Positions 19,840 through 29,464 of a stretch of 64,000 bases of DNA are shown in pieces. Numbering within the stretch: the stretch's first letter is position 1; each line of letters opens with the position of its first letter. The translations under genes were made by a program, and so were the position numbers. The stretch is from an uncultured Pseudomonadota bacterium (GTDB lineage: Bacteria; Pseudomonadota; Alphaproteobacteria; RF32; CAG-239): NCBI GenBank assembly GCA_949295915.1, contig CASFNB010000004.1, positions 4,294 to 68,293 on the forward strand, given 5' to 3'. The notes below the pieces were generated by a model, which saw nothing but the letters and a program-made list of their open reading frames with translations, was not told where the DNA came from and did no database searches.

Positions 19840-21771
19840 ATGGTTGCGATTAAATTGCCTGACGGCAGTATGTTAGAGATGGAAAGCGGGGTCAATGGTT
19901 TTGACATCGCAAATAAAATCAGTTCTGGTTTGGCTAAAGCCGCTTTGGCTATCACCGTTAACGGAAAGACACAAGATTTAAGCACTCCTATCACTACCGA
20001 CGCAACCGTGACTATCATCACCGGCAAGGATAAAGAAGGCTTGGAAATTTTGCGTCACTCCTGCTCTCACGTTATGGCTCAGGCTGTTAAAGAGTTGTGG
20101 AAAGATGTTCAAGTTACAATCGGACCGGCTATTGAAAACGGTTTTTACTATGACTTTGCGCGCAAAGAACCGTTTACAACCGAAGATTTTGCTAAAATTG
20201 AAGCTAAAATGCACGAGATTGTTAAACGTGACGAAAAGTTGGAACGCATTGTTATGCCGCGTAACGAAGCCATCAAATTTTTCAAAGACAAAGGCGAACA
20301 CTATAAAGCCGAAATCATTGAAGATTTGCCGGAAGATGAAACTATTTCTCTTTATCGTCAAGGTGACTTTACCGACCTTTGCCGCGGTCCGCACGTGCCC
20401 TCTACCGGCAAAATCGGCGATGCTTTCAAATTGATGAAAGTTGCCGGTGCTTATTGGCGCGGTGATGCAACAAAAGAAATGTTGCAACGTATTTATGCTA
20501 CCGCTTGGGCTTCTAAAAAAGATTTGGATGAATATTTGAAAATGATGGAAGAAGCCGCTAAGCGCGACCACCGCAAACTCGGCAAAGAAATGGATTTGTT
20601 CCACTTTGAACCGGAATATGCTCCGGGTGCCGTTTTCTGGCATGACAAAGGTTACAAAATCTATCGTAAATTGATTGAATATATGCGCAGACGCCAAGAA
20701 AATAACGGTTATATCGAGATCTGTACGCCGCGTGTTATGGACAGATGCTTGTGGGAAACCTCCGGTCACTGGGATAAGTATGGTGCTCATAACTACTCCG
20801 GTCAAACCGAAGATAAAAAATGGTTCTGCATTAAACCGATGAACTGCCCCGGTGGTTTGCTCGTTTATAAACAAGGTATTAAATCTTATCGTGATTTGCC
20901 GCTCCGTGTGGCTGAATTCGGTAAAGTGAACCGTTATGAAGCCTCCGGTGCTTTGATGGGGTTGATGCGCGTACGTGAATTTACACAAGATGATGCACAT
21001 ATCTTCTGCACTCCGGAACAAATGGAAGCAGAATGTATCACTACTTTGAAACTGATTTTGGATATTTATAAAGATTTTGGCTTCAAAGATGTGAAGATTT
21101 ATCTTTCTACTCGTCCGGACAGCATCTATCGAATCGGCTCCGATGAAATTTGGGATTTGTGTGAAAATGCTCTGGCTCATGCTTTGGAAAGCCATGGTTA
21201 TAAATATGAAATCAACCCCGGAGAAGGCGCTTTTTATGGTCCGAAACTCGAATTTATCTTGAAAGATGCCATCGGTCGTGAATGGCAATGCGGTACAATT
21301 CAAGTTGATATGAACTTGCCGCAACGTTTTGATATTTCTTATATCGGCGAAGATGGAGAAAAACACCAACCGGTTATGTTGCACCGTGCTTTGTTTGGTT
21401 CTATCGAACGTTTCCTCGGAATTTTGATTGAAAACCACGCCGGCAAATTACCGCTCTGGCTCTCTCCGGAACAAGTTGTCGTTTGCCCGATCACCAGCGA
21501 TATGGACGATTATGCCGAAGAAGTTACCAAACTTTTGAAGGCAAACGGACTTTATGCAAAATCTGATTTGCGTAACGAGAAAATCAGCTACAAAGTTCGA
21601 GAACACTCGGTTGCCAAAATTCCGGTTATTGCCGTTGTCGGCGCCAAAGAAAAAGAAGACAGAACAGTTACGGTTCGTCGTATCGGTTCTGACAAACAAG
21701 AGATTGTTAAACTTGATGACTTTATCAAGGCTTTGGTTGAAGAAGCCAAGATGCCGTCTCAAGACAAATAA
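19840..21771 (+). CDS. thrS: Threonine--tRNA ligase
   Basis: TGS domain, RHSCSHVMAQAV, DLCRGPHV, RDHRKLG, KPMNCP, GAFYGPK, HRALFGSIERF. Confidence 0.99.
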   Translation: MVAIKLPDGSMLEMESGVNGFDIANKISSGLAKAALAITVNGKTQDLSTPITTDATVTIITGKDKEGLEILRHSCSHVMAQAVKELWKDVQVTIGPAIENGFYYDFARKEPFTTEDFAKIEAKMHEIVKRDEKLERIVMPRNEAIKFFKDKGEHYKAEIIEDLPEDETISLYRQGDFTDLCRGPHVPSTGKIGDAFKLMKVAGAYWRGDATKEMLQRIYATAWASKKDLDEYLKMMEEAAKRDHRKLGKEMDLFHFEPEYAPGAVFWHDKGYKIYRKLIEYMRRRQENNGYIEICTPRVMDRCLWETSGHWDKYGAHNYSGQTEDKKWFCIKPMNCPGGLLVYKQGIKSYRDLPLRVAEFGKVNRYEASGALMGLMRVREFTQDDAHIFCTPEQMEAECITTLKLILDIYKDFGFKDVKIYLSTRPDSIYRIGSDEIWDLCENALAHALESHGYKYEINPGEGAFYGPKLEFILKDAIGREWQCGTIQVDMNLPQRFDISYIGEDGEKHQPVMLHRALFGSIERFLGILIENHAGKLPLWLSPEQVVVCPITSDMDDYAEEVTKLLKANGLYAKSDLRNEKISYKVREHSVAKIPVIAVVGAKEKEDRTVTVRRIGSDKQEIVKLDDFIKALVEEAKMPSQDK

Positions 21772-21787
21772 TTTCAAAAATCAAAAC

Positions 21788-21821
21788 AAAATAAAGCCTC
21801 TTTTCAGAGGCTTTATTTTTT
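21788..21821 (+). terminator. Terminator after thrS
   Basis: AAATAAAGCCTC-ttttca-GAGGCTTTATTTTTT. Confidence 0.8.
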
Positions 21822-21901
21822 ATGGCATTATTTTTGCATAACAATATTTTAACACTTATTGTGTTATATAAAAATATATTCATTTATTAAGGATTAAAAA
21901 T

Positions 21902-22132
21902 ATGGCAAATTTTAGTGAAGATGCTATTCGCGAAGCAGCTTATTACATTTGGAAAAACGGTGATAAAAAATATGATTGCGGCATGGACAACTGGAATGCC
22001 GCCATCAACCAATTGCGTGCGCAAAATGCCGCTGCCGTTTTGAAGCACGGACAAATGTATGGCACCACAAAAAATAACCAAAAAAATATCCTTAGAGCCG
22101 CAAGTTTATTGAAAAAAACATCCGTTCGATAA
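21902..22132 (+). CDS. DUF2934-like small protein
   Basis: IREAAYYIWKNG...DNWNAA motif; AAGGA RBS. Confidence 0.65.
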   Translation: MANFSEDAIREAAYYIWKNGDKKYDCGMDNWNAAINQLRAQNAAAVLKHGQMYGTTKNNQKNILRAASLLKKTSVR

Positions 22133-22170
22133 AAAGTGTTCATATTTTTGCAAAATTTCTAAAATAATAC

Positions 22171-22199
22171 TGGACAAGAAAAAAAATATGCTCTATAAA
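22171..22199 (+). promoter_or_regulatory. Sigma-70 promoter of tRNA-Phe
   Basis: TGGACA-N17-TATAAA, 16 bp upstream of the tRNA. Confidence 0.7.
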
Positions 22200-22215
22200 C
22201 ACTTTCGTGATTGAT

Positions 22216-22270
<55 letters not shown>

Positions 22271-22291
<21 letters not shown>

Positions 22292-22336
22292 TCTCTTAAA
22301 AGAAGTTCCGTTAAGGAACTTTTTTTTTGTTTTAAA
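22271..22336 (+). repeat. Direct repeat copy 1: tRNA-Phe 3' end (from the T-loop) plus terminator
   Basis: CGATCCCGTCCCCGAGCACCATCTCTTAAAAGAAGTTCCGTTAAGGAACT(n)GTTTTAAA; matches 22537-22600 except T-run length (9 vs 7). Confidence 0.95.
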
Positions 22337-22536
22337 CGTATCGGGATTGAACAGCCGACACGAGCGTGGAGGCGCCGGAGGAAAACAAACAATTCTGCGA
22401 ATTGTTTGTTGACGACGGGCTCGACAAGGTTAAACTTGCAGACGAGCGGCAGCGTTGGCTGGCAAGTTTTAGCTTGGCGGTGACCGAAGCGAAGTTGTTG
22501 AGCTTATATAGATAAGCGAAACTTACGCAGCAAGAC
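22337..22536. mobile_element. 200-bp palindrome-rich non-coding element at the tRNA-Phe 3' end
   Basis: Flanked by att-like direct repeats; GC-richer than its flanks; three internal hairpins; no integrase nearby. Confidence 0.6.
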
Positions 22537-22600
22537 CGATCCCGTCCCCGAGCACCATCTCTTAAAAGAAGTTCCGTTAAGGAACTTTTTTTGTTTTAAA
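22537..22600 (+). repeat. Direct repeat copy 2 (attR-like tRNA-Phe 3' fragment plus terminator)
   Basis: Duplicate of 22271-22336. Confidence 0.95.
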
Positions 22601-22602
22601 TT

Positions 22603-22647
22603 AAAAAAGAGCTGTTCAAAGTTTTCACTCTGAACAGCTTGTTTTTT
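22603..22647. terminator. Terminator hairpin downstream of the membrane-protein gene
   Basis: AGCTGTTCA-loop-TGAACAGCT flanked by A and T runs. Confidence 0.65.
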
Positions 22648-22943
22648 TAGTTTTGTTGCTCTTTCAAATATTTTCTTTCCGGAATCTTAATTATGTACCA
22701 TGAAAGCCAACATCCGAGGATAAAGCAAATTATGGCTATGATACCTTTTAATATACTTTGGTAAAAAGCCCCGATAACTGTTGCCCCGACACTTGTACAC
22801 AAACCAATAATCAATACCCCAAGCAAAGGATTGGTTATCAAAGCTTCTCTACCTTTGTACTTATTCGGAGAAACATTAATGGCGGCATATAGTGCCCCAA
22901 CAATAGCAACGCAAATCATTGCAATAACAAATCTCACTTCCAT
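22647..22943 (-). CDS. Small hypothetical membrane protein (3 predicted TM helices)
   Basis: 98 aa with three hydrophobic segments. Confidence 0.65.
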   Translation of the reverse strand: MEVRFVIAMICVAIVGALYAAINVSPNKYKGREALITNPLLGVLIIGLCTSVGATVIGAFYQSILKGIIAIICFILGCWLSWYIIKIPERKYLKEQQN

Positions 22944-23079
22944 AATATATCTATTTTAATAGTTAACTATAGAAAAATTTAATCTGCTTCTTGCCTTTTT
23001 GCAATATTTTATTTGCTTGAAATTTTACAACTTTTTTGCTATTTTGTTTTCCGCTGTTTAATATTAAAAATTTTTTATT

Positions 23080-23901
23080 ATGGCTTTACAATTATTAAAT
23101 TCAAAATTCAGACGTATTCTGACCAAAGAAAGTGACAAATGGAATCCCAACGGACCATGGCGTCTTCCCTCTTTTGCTTACACATCTGAGCATAAACTGG
23201 CTTTTTTGGAGCGAGAGCATTATCTGTTGGGCTCTTATTCTTTCGGCGGTATGATGCATGATGTAGACAAACTTTTTATGTATTTGAATCCTTTTCTTAA
23301 GGAAGAGGAAATTCAACAAATTCATAGAAATAGTCAACCGCATCACATTAACGAAATGCAAAAAAAAGTTAAGCATTTAATGGAAATGTATATCGATTGG
23401 GATTGCGCCGCAATTACCAAACCGGACAAACCTCTTGATGCTTATGCTACCTTACTGCATTTTTACCAAGAACAAATCATGCTTATGTTTCCTATTTGCT
23501 TGGCGATTTCTCCCGATAGAGTTTCTCCTTTTGTTATGGATTTGGATAAAAAAAGAAAAAACGGATATTCGGCTTATCTGTTCCAATCAGAAGAATATAA
23601 CCGACAGTGGTATCAAAAAGCGCGTTTTTGTATGGCAACTATTGCTCTGAGCAAAGAGATGAATATTGCAAATATCGTTAACGGAAACATTCATGAAATG
23701 GAGCCTCGCGAACTGTTTTATTTTTGCCTTGCAATTATGGCTCAACGCCGCAAGCAAAAAATAAACCAAGAAAATGTGCAAAAAGTTTTGCAAGAAAAGT
23801 ATGAATTATTCAAAGGATATCAATCTTTTAAATGTGCAAAAGATATTGAGCCGATAAAGCATGATTACAAAGCATTGAGTCCAAACCCATTTTTCATTTA
23901 A
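23080..23901 (+). CDS. Hypothetical protein with an HD-superfamily/DUF5662-like N-terminal domain
   Basis: Motif series EHK...HDVDK...HRNSQPHH...EMYIDWDCAA. Confidence 0.55.
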   Translation: MALQLLNSKFRRILTKESDKWNPNGPWRLPSFAYTSEHKLAFLEREHYLLGSYSFGGMMHDVDKLFMYLNPFLKEEEIQQIHRNSQPHHINEMQKKVKHLMEMYIDWDCAAITKPDKPLDAYATLLHFYQEQIMLMFPICLAISPDRVSPFVMDLDKKRKNGYSAYLFQSEEYNRQWYQKARFCMATIALSKEMNIANIVNGNIHEMEPRELFYFCLAIMAQRRKQKINQENVQKVLQEKYELFKGYQSFKCAKDIEPIKHDYKALSPNPFFI

Positions 23902-23918
23902 GTCTGAATGAAATTTTG

Positions 23919-23957
23919 CAAAGCTCATGCAATCTTAAACATGAGCTTTGTTTTTTT
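23919..23957 (+). terminator. Intrinsic terminator
   Basis: CAAAGCTCATG-loop-CATGAGCTTTG-TTTTTTT. Confidence 0.8.
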
Positions 23958-24041
23958 CATAATTTTAATGACATATTAAGATTTTTTTTATTAAATATTT
24001 TTGTTTATTATAACATTTATGAGGTTTTTGATTAAAAAGTT

Positions 24042-25370
24042 ATGGAATCCGTATATAGAGATGTAATTTATTTATTTTTTGTTTTCTTTTTAGTTTTTGC
24101 TAATGCCTTTTTTGTGGTTTCCGAATTTGCCATTGTAAAAATTCGCCGTACAAAATTGGAAGAGTTGGCTCATTCCGGCGATAAAAGAGCCAAAACAGCT
24201 CTTAAAATTAACGCTCGCTTAAACACTTTCTTGAGTGCAATCCAACTCGGTATTACTCTTGCTTCCTTGGGCTTAGGTTGGATCGGTGAGCCTGCCGTTT
24301 CTCATCTTTTGGAAGATATGTTTGCCGACTTTTTCGGTGATAAGAAAATTTTGTTGCACTCGGTCAGCTTTGGAGTAGCTTTTGCTTTTATTACCTTGTT
24401 ACACGTGGTCTTAGGCGAGCTGGTTCCTAAATCTCTGGCTATTCAGGATACTGAACGTTATGTCCTAAGAATCGCTAAACCTCTGTATCTTTTTAACCAA
24501 GTTTTTGCACCATTTATTTGGGTATTTGACCATGTAACAAATGCCATTTTGCACCTCATGGGAACTCAAGTTTCCAATGAAAATGATGATGCTCACTCCG
24601 AAGAAGAAATCAAACTTATTATTGATGCTTCGCAAAAAGGCGGCGTTATTGATGATACCGAACGCGGTATCATTCAAAATGCTATTGATTTCTCTGAAAT
24701 TTTAGCTCATGAAGTGATGATTCCGAGACAAGACATTAAATGCTTGTACAAAGGTCAAACTTATGATGAAGCTTTAGAATTTGTAAAAAACAACAATCAC
24801 ACACGTTTTCCGCTTTGTGATAAAGATAAAGACCATATCTTGGGTATGATTCACATTCGTGATATGCTGGAATTTAATCCGCAGAACGGAGAGCAATATG
24901 TTTTGAAAAAATTGGCTCGAAAGGTTCTTTTTGTTCCTGAGAATAAATCTATTTCCGATATTTTACATGAAATGATGAGCAAGCGTATTCACATGGCTGT
25001 TGTGGTTGATGAATATGGCGGTACGGCTGGTTTGCTTTCAATGGAAGATATTTTAGAAGAACTTGTCGGCGAAATTCAAGATGAACATGATGAAGAAGAA
25101 GCTCCGATGAAAAAACTCAAAGACGGTGTTTTTGAGTTTGACGGAACATATTTGATTGAAGATGCTTATACCGATATGAGTTTACCTTTACCTGAATATG
25201 AAGAAAGTACTATCGGCGGCTATGTCTTTGGGTTGCTCGGGCGCGTTCCGAATGTCGGAGACAAAGCTGAAGACTTTTACTGTACTTATGAAGTTTTGGG
25301 TATTAATAATATGCGCATTACACGTGTTAAAGTCTCGGTTCGATATTCTATTTCCGATGATGAAGAATAA
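24042..25370 (+). CDS. Hemolysin-family/CNNM-CBS-CorC protein (Mg2+/Co2+ transport)
   Basis: NAFFVVSEFAIVKIR, QLGITLASLGLGWIGEP, GELVPKSLA, CBS pair with VVDEYGGTAGLLSMEDILEELVGEIQDEHD, CorC domain. Confidence 0.92.
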   Translation: MESVYRDVIYLFFVFFLVFANAFFVVSEFAIVKIRRTKLEELAHSGDKRAKTALKINARLNTFLSAIQLGITLASLGLGWIGEPAVSHLLEDMFADFFGDKKILLHSVSFGVAFAFITLLHVVLGELVPKSLAIQDTERYVLRIAKPLYLFNQVFAPFIWVFDHVTNAILHLMGTQVSNENDDAHSEEEIKLIIDASQKGGVIDDTERGIIQNAIDFSEILAHEVMIPRQDIKCLYKGQTYDEALEFVKNNNHTRFPLCDKDKDHILGMIHIRDMLEFNPQNGEQYVLKKLARKVLFVPENKSISDILHEMMSKRIHMAVVVDEYGGTAGLLSMEDILEELVGEIQDEHDEEEAPMKKLKDGVFEFDGTYLIEDAYTDMSLPLPEYEESTIGGYVFGLLGRVPNVGDKAEDFYCTYEVLGINNMRITRVKVSVRYSISDDEE

Positions 25371-25376
25371 TGTAAC

Positions 25377-25411
25377 AAAAAAACTCCTCTGAAAATTCAG
25401 AGGAGTTTTTT
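25377..25411. terminator. Bidirectional terminator between convergent genes
   Basis: AAAAAAACTCCTCTGA-aaa-TTCAGAGGAGTTTTTT type inverted repeat. Confidence 0.8.
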
Positions 25412-25422
25412 ATATTTTCATT

Positions 25423-26643
25423 TTATGATTTTAGATCCCTAATAACTTCCAACATTTCATCGGCAACCGTAAAAGCACCGGAATTCATGCCGTAGGCTCT
25501 TTGAATGACAACCATCTTGCTAAACTCGGTTTCAACATTGGCGGTTGATTGTTCCAAAGCTTGAGGTTGCAGATAATCTCCGCCATTATCTATCAAGACC
25601 GCATTACCGCTGGCACCGTTGGCTTCAAACAATGTTCCTGAAATTGAGGTCAAGTTATCCGGTGCGGCAAAACTGCTTAAAGCTAATTTGGCTAAATTGA
25701 CAGTTTGACCATTACTGTACAAAGCTGAAATTATGCCACCTTCACCAATTGAGGCTGACTTGAAAACACCGCCTTCTTTACCATCTTGTTTTATACTGGT
25801 GATTCCGCTACTTCCTGCATATTGAGTCATATTCTCTATATTTACGGAAACCGTATTGGAGCTTCCGTCTGCCCAAGCTACATTGATATTAAAATCTGTC
25901 GGGCTTAACAGTTTTCCGTCGCTTGAAAACAAAACTTCTACAGGCTCTACCGTTGTGACGGTTGCGCCTTCCATCTCAAAAGAAAGCGTCCATGTGTTGG
26001 CTTTATCTGCTACTTTATTAAAAACCATACTCATATTGGCTCCATTATTATTTGGACCGTAGACCATAATGCCGTAGCTACTGCTTTCAACGCCATCAGC
26101 CGGAACATTTGCTCCGATTTGCACTTCCGTTGTCGGTGTTGCCGGTATTTCTTCAAGATAATCCAAAACTATATCTTCTATTGAAGTGCCGAAACTACCA
26201 TCTTCATTGGCTATATATCCTTGAACCCGCATTCCGTTGTTAGCTACAAGATAAGGTACTCCGCCTGATGTCTGTATGCGGAAATTTCCGGCTCTGGTAT
26301 AATATTCTTCTCCCGAGTAGCTGTCTCTCACGGTAAAAAAAGCATTGGTATTTCCATTTATCGCAACATCAAAATTACCGCTTGAAGAAACGACTTGTCC
26401 CTGCGATGAAACGAGAGTTCGGTCATAATATCCTACTCCGTTCGTATCAACTCGAGAAGATGACAAACCGCTTGCCGCGCTTCCCTTAACAACAGGAGCC
26501 GATCCCAGCAACGTATAAAACATGGTTTCACTTGACTTATAGCCTACCGTATTAATATTGGCGATGTTTGTACTCACGGTTTGTAAAGCGTGTGACTGTG
26601 AATCCATTCCGGTTACAGACGGGGTAAATATGCTTAATGCCAT
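25423..26643 (-). CDS. flgE: Second flagellar hook FlgE-family protein (406 aa), stand-alone
   Basis: Start 26643 preferred (AGGAG RBS, sigma-54 site upstream); VSTNIANINTVGYK, YTRAGNF, LEQSTANVETEFSKMVVIQRAY. Confidence 0.85.
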   Translation of the reverse strand: MALSIFTPSVTGMDSQSHALQTVSTNIANINTVGYKSSETMFYTLLGSAPVVKGSAASGLSSSRVDTNGVGYYDRTLVSSQGQVVSSSGNFDVAINGNTNAFFTVRDSYSGEEYYTRAGNFRIQTSGGVPYLVANNGMRVQGYIANEDGSFGTSIEDIVLDYLEEIPATPTTEVQIGANVPADGVESSSYGIMVYGPNNNGANMSMVFNKVADKANTWTLSFEMEGATVTTVEPVEVLFSSDGKLLSPTDFNINVAWADGSSNTVSVNIENMTQYAGSSGITSIKQDGKEGGVFKSASIGEGGIISALYSNGQTVNLAKLALSSFAAPDNLTSISGTLFEANGASGNAVLIDNGGDYLQPQALEQSTANVETEFSKMVVIQRAYGMNSGAFTVADEMLEVIRDLKS

Positions 26644-26673
26644 AATTCTTCTCCTAACTTTCTCATCAATCCA

Positions 26674-26689
26674 TGCAAAAAGCATGCCA
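26674..26689 (-). promoter_or_regulatory. Sigma-54 promoter of the second flgE
   Basis: Minus strand TGGCATGCTTTTTGCA = GG-N10-GC, 30 bp upstream of the ATG. Confidence 0.85.
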
Positions 26690-26903
26690 AAACTCTTTTA
26701 TTCTTTTGGTTGTTTTATTCAGCCTCTCACAACCGGCTTTTACAAATCTTTAAAGATATGCACATTTTTGATAAAAAATTGCGTTTTTTCTCATTTTTTT
26801 AGTCATTTTTGCTTTTTTTTGATTATTTTTGTTGTATTTTTGCAAAATACGAGGTATGAATCTTTTTGAATTTTTTGTATTAACATTAGAGAGAAAAAAC
26901 AAA

Positions 26904-27389
26904 ATGGCTAATCCATTGGATACTAAAGTTATCAGCAAATTGGCTGAAATTCTTGATAAAAGCAATTTAACCGAACTCGAATATGAAGATGAAACTTGCA
27001 GAATTTGCTTGACTCGTGAACAAAACGTTGTTCCCGCTCCGGCTTTTGCTCCGGTTGCTCAACCGATGCCGGTTGCCGCTCCCGTTGCAGCCGTTGCTCC
27101 TGCTCCGACTGCCGGAACTCCGGCTCCTACCGCTGACCAAGATTTTTCAAAACATCCGGGCGCCGTTAAATCTCCTATGGTTGGCGTGGTTTACTTATCT
27201 GCCGATCCTAACTCTCCGAACTATGTTAAAGTTGGCGACAGCGTTGCCGAAGGCGACACCGTTTGCTTGATTGAAGCCATGAAAACTTTTAACCCCGTTA
27301 AAGCTCACAAAGCCGGTAAAGTTACTAATATTCTCGTTTCTACCGGTGATCCGGTTGAATATGGCGAACCTTTAGTCATTATTGAATAA
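26904..27389 (+). CDS. accB: Acetyl-CoA carboxylase biotin carboxyl carrier protein
   Basis: VKSPMVGVVY, biotinylation motif EAMKTFN; start 26904 preferred. Confidence 0.95.
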   Translation: MANPLDTKVISKLAEILDKSNLTELEYEDETCRICLTREQNVVPAPAFAPVAQPMPVAAPVAAVAPAPTAGTPAPTADQDFSKHPGAVKSPMVGVVYLSADPNSPNYVKVGDSVAEGDTVCLIEAMKTFNPVKAHKAGKVTNILVSTGDPVEYGEPLVIIE

Positions 27390-27417
27390 TATTTCCGCCA
27401 ACTTTGAGGATTTTAAT

Positions 27418-28764
27418 ATGTTTGAAAAAGTTTTAATTGCTAACCGTGGTGAAGTTGCCTTGCGTATCCATCGTGCTTGTCGCGAAATGGGAATCCGCAC
27501 CGTGGCCGTTCACTCAGAGGCAGATGCCGATGCCATGCACGTGCGTTTGGCTGACGAAGCCGTTTGTATCGGACCGGCTCGTTCTACCGACTCATATTTA
27601 AATATGTCGGCTATTATCTCTGCCGCTCATATTACCGGTGCAGATGCCATTCACCCCGGTTTCGGTTTCTTGTCCGAAAGTGCCGATTTTGCCGAAATGG
27701 TTGAAGAACACGGCATCACTTTTATTGGTCCCAGACCCGAAATTATGCGCATGATGGGTGATAAAATTACTGCTCGTGAAGCATCCATTAAAGCCGGTTT
27801 GCCGGTTGTTCCGGGATCTCCGGCTTTGGAAAGCGTTGAACACGCTATTGAGTGGGCTCACAAAATCGGTTATCCGGTTATTGTTAAAGCAAAAGATGGC
27901 GGCGGCGGCAAAGGTATGAAAACCGCTTTCAACGATGAAGAAATGAAAGAAGCCTACACCATGGCTAAAGCTGAGGCTAAAAATGCTTTCACCAGTGACG
28001 TGGTCTATATGGAAAAATATTTGCAAAAGCCTCGTCATATTGAAATGCAAGTCTTGGCCGACAACTATGGACATGTCGTTCATTTGGGTGAACGCGATTG
28101 CTCTATTCAACGTAATCACCAAAAAGTGATTGAAGAGACTCCTTCTCCTGCTTTGAACCAAAAACAGCGTGAAGAAATCGGCGAAATTGCACGCCACGCT
28201 GCCGAAGTCCTCGGTTATAACAATGCCGGTACTATGGAATTTTTGTATGAAGACGGTAAATTCTATTTCTTGGAAATGAACACCCGCTTGCAAGTAGAAC
28301 ACCCTATTACCGAAGCTATCAGCGGTATCGATATTGTTAAAGAACAAATCAGAATCGCCAGCGGTGCCCAACTCGGATACACTCAAAAAGATATTCAATT
28401 TAGCGGCCATGCCATTGAGTGCCGTATTAATGCCGAAGATCCCGAAACATTTGCTCCTTGGCCGGGGAAAATCACCGAGTGGCATGCGCCGGGAGGTTTA
28501 GGTGTTCGCGTGGACTCTGAAATCTATTCCGGCTACAGAATTCCGCCATTCTATGATAGTATGATTGCCAAACTTATTGTTCATGGAAAAACTCGTAATG
28601 CAGCTTTGATGCGCTTGCGTCGTGCTTTGGAAGAATTTGTGATTGATGGTGTTAAAACCACTATTCCCTTGCACCAAGAAATTATTTCTCAACCTGATTT
28701 TATTGATGGGCAATATAATATCCATTGGTTGGAAAAATTTATGGCTTCAAAGCACAAAGCTTAA
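27418..28764 (+). CDS. accC: Acetyl-CoA carboxylase biotin carboxylase
   Basis: MFEKVLIANRGEVALR, HPGFGFLSE, GGGGKGM, ERDCSIQRNHQK, EMNTRLQVEHP. Confidence 0.98.
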   Translation: MFEKVLIANRGEVALRIHRACREMGIRTVAVHSEADADAMHVRLADEAVCIGPARSTDSYLNMSAIISAAHITGADAIHPGFGFLSESADFAEMVEEHGITFIGPRPEIMRMMGDKITAREASIKAGLPVVPGSPALESVEHAIEWAHKIGYPVIVKAKDGGGGKGMKTAFNDEEMKEAYTMAKAEAKNAFTSDVVYMEKYLQKPRHIEMQVLADNYGHVVHLGERDCSIQRNHQKVIEETPSPALNQKQREEIGEIARHAAEVLGYNNAGTMEFLYEDGKFYFLEMNTRLQVEHPITEAISGIDIVKEQIRIASGAQLGYTQKDIQFSGHAIECRINAEDPETFAPWPGKITEWHAPGGLGVRVDSEIYSGYRIPPFYDSMIAKLIVHGKTRNAALMRLRRALEEFVIDGVKTTIPLHQEIISQPDFIDGQYNIHWLEKFMASKHKA

Positions 28765-28778
28765 ATTCAGCTTCTCAC

Positions 28779-28812
28779 AAAAAAAGCAGTTTCAAAAGAA
28801 ACTGCTTTTTTT
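28779..28812. terminator. Bidirectional terminator
   Basis: AAAAAAAGCAGTTTC-aaaa-GAAACTGCTTTTTTT. Confidence 0.8.
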
Positions 28813-28828
28813 GTGTATTTATATAATT

Positions 28829-29452
28829 TTATGCTTTTTTCGGCGTAACCGGAGCATTAACCTTTTGGCGCAAATCTTTAATCAAAGCTTCAACATTTCC
28901 GCCATTATTTTTAATAAACGCCGTATATTCGTTACGCGCGGTAATGGCTAAGCTAACATTTTCAATGATGATATCAACGATTTTGAAGTTATCGCCATTT
29001 TGTTTTACTCGCCAAACAACTTTGGCCGGAGCTCCTTCTCCCATATCCACTGTGGAATTTATAAAAACTTGATTCTTTGAGGCAGATGGTGTTGATCCGG
29101 TAAAGACAAACGACTTTCCTTTGAACTCATCAAAACGAGCTGACCATGTTTTGATATTCAATTCTCTATAGACTTGGATAAAATCTTTTCTTTGTTGCGG
29201 GGTTGCCGTACGCCAATAGCGCCCCAAAACAAATTGTCCGATAAAGTCTAAATCAAGAGCCTGATTAAACAGCTTTTCAAATCTTTCATCTTTTACTTTT
29301 TGAGAAACATTGGCGTTGATAATTTCTTCAATACCGTGACTGGTAACTTCGCGCACAAAAGCATCTGCTTTTTCTACGTTGACATCTGCTTTAGCACCGG
29401 TTGCAAACATTAAGCCCAAACTTAAAATTGCGGCAAAAACATTCTTTTTCAT
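28829..29452 (-). CDS. mlaC: Phospholipid-binding periplasmic protein MlaC/Ttg2D
   Basis: Signal peptide; IGQFVLGRYWRTATPQQRKDF, KIVDIIIENVSL; adjacent to mlaA. Confidence 0.85.
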   Translation of the reverse strand: MKKNVFAAILSLGLMFATGAKADVNVEKADAFVREVTSHGIEEIINANVSQKVKDERFEKLFNQALDLDFIGQFVLGRYWRTATPQQRKDFIQVYRELNIKTWSARFDEFKGKSFVFTGSTPSASKNQVFINSTVDMGEGAPAKVVWRVKQNGDNFKIVDIIIENVSLAITARNEYTAFIKNNGGNVEALIKDLRQKVNAPVTPKKA

Positions 29453-29464
29453 TCCTCAGTCTCC

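Noticed and set aside
19978-21438. 486-aa antisense ORF over thrS (similar shadows over accC at 27598-28485 and uup at 41463-42119)
   Set aside because: Codon-bias shadow of highly conserved sense genes; no RBS or recognisable motifs.
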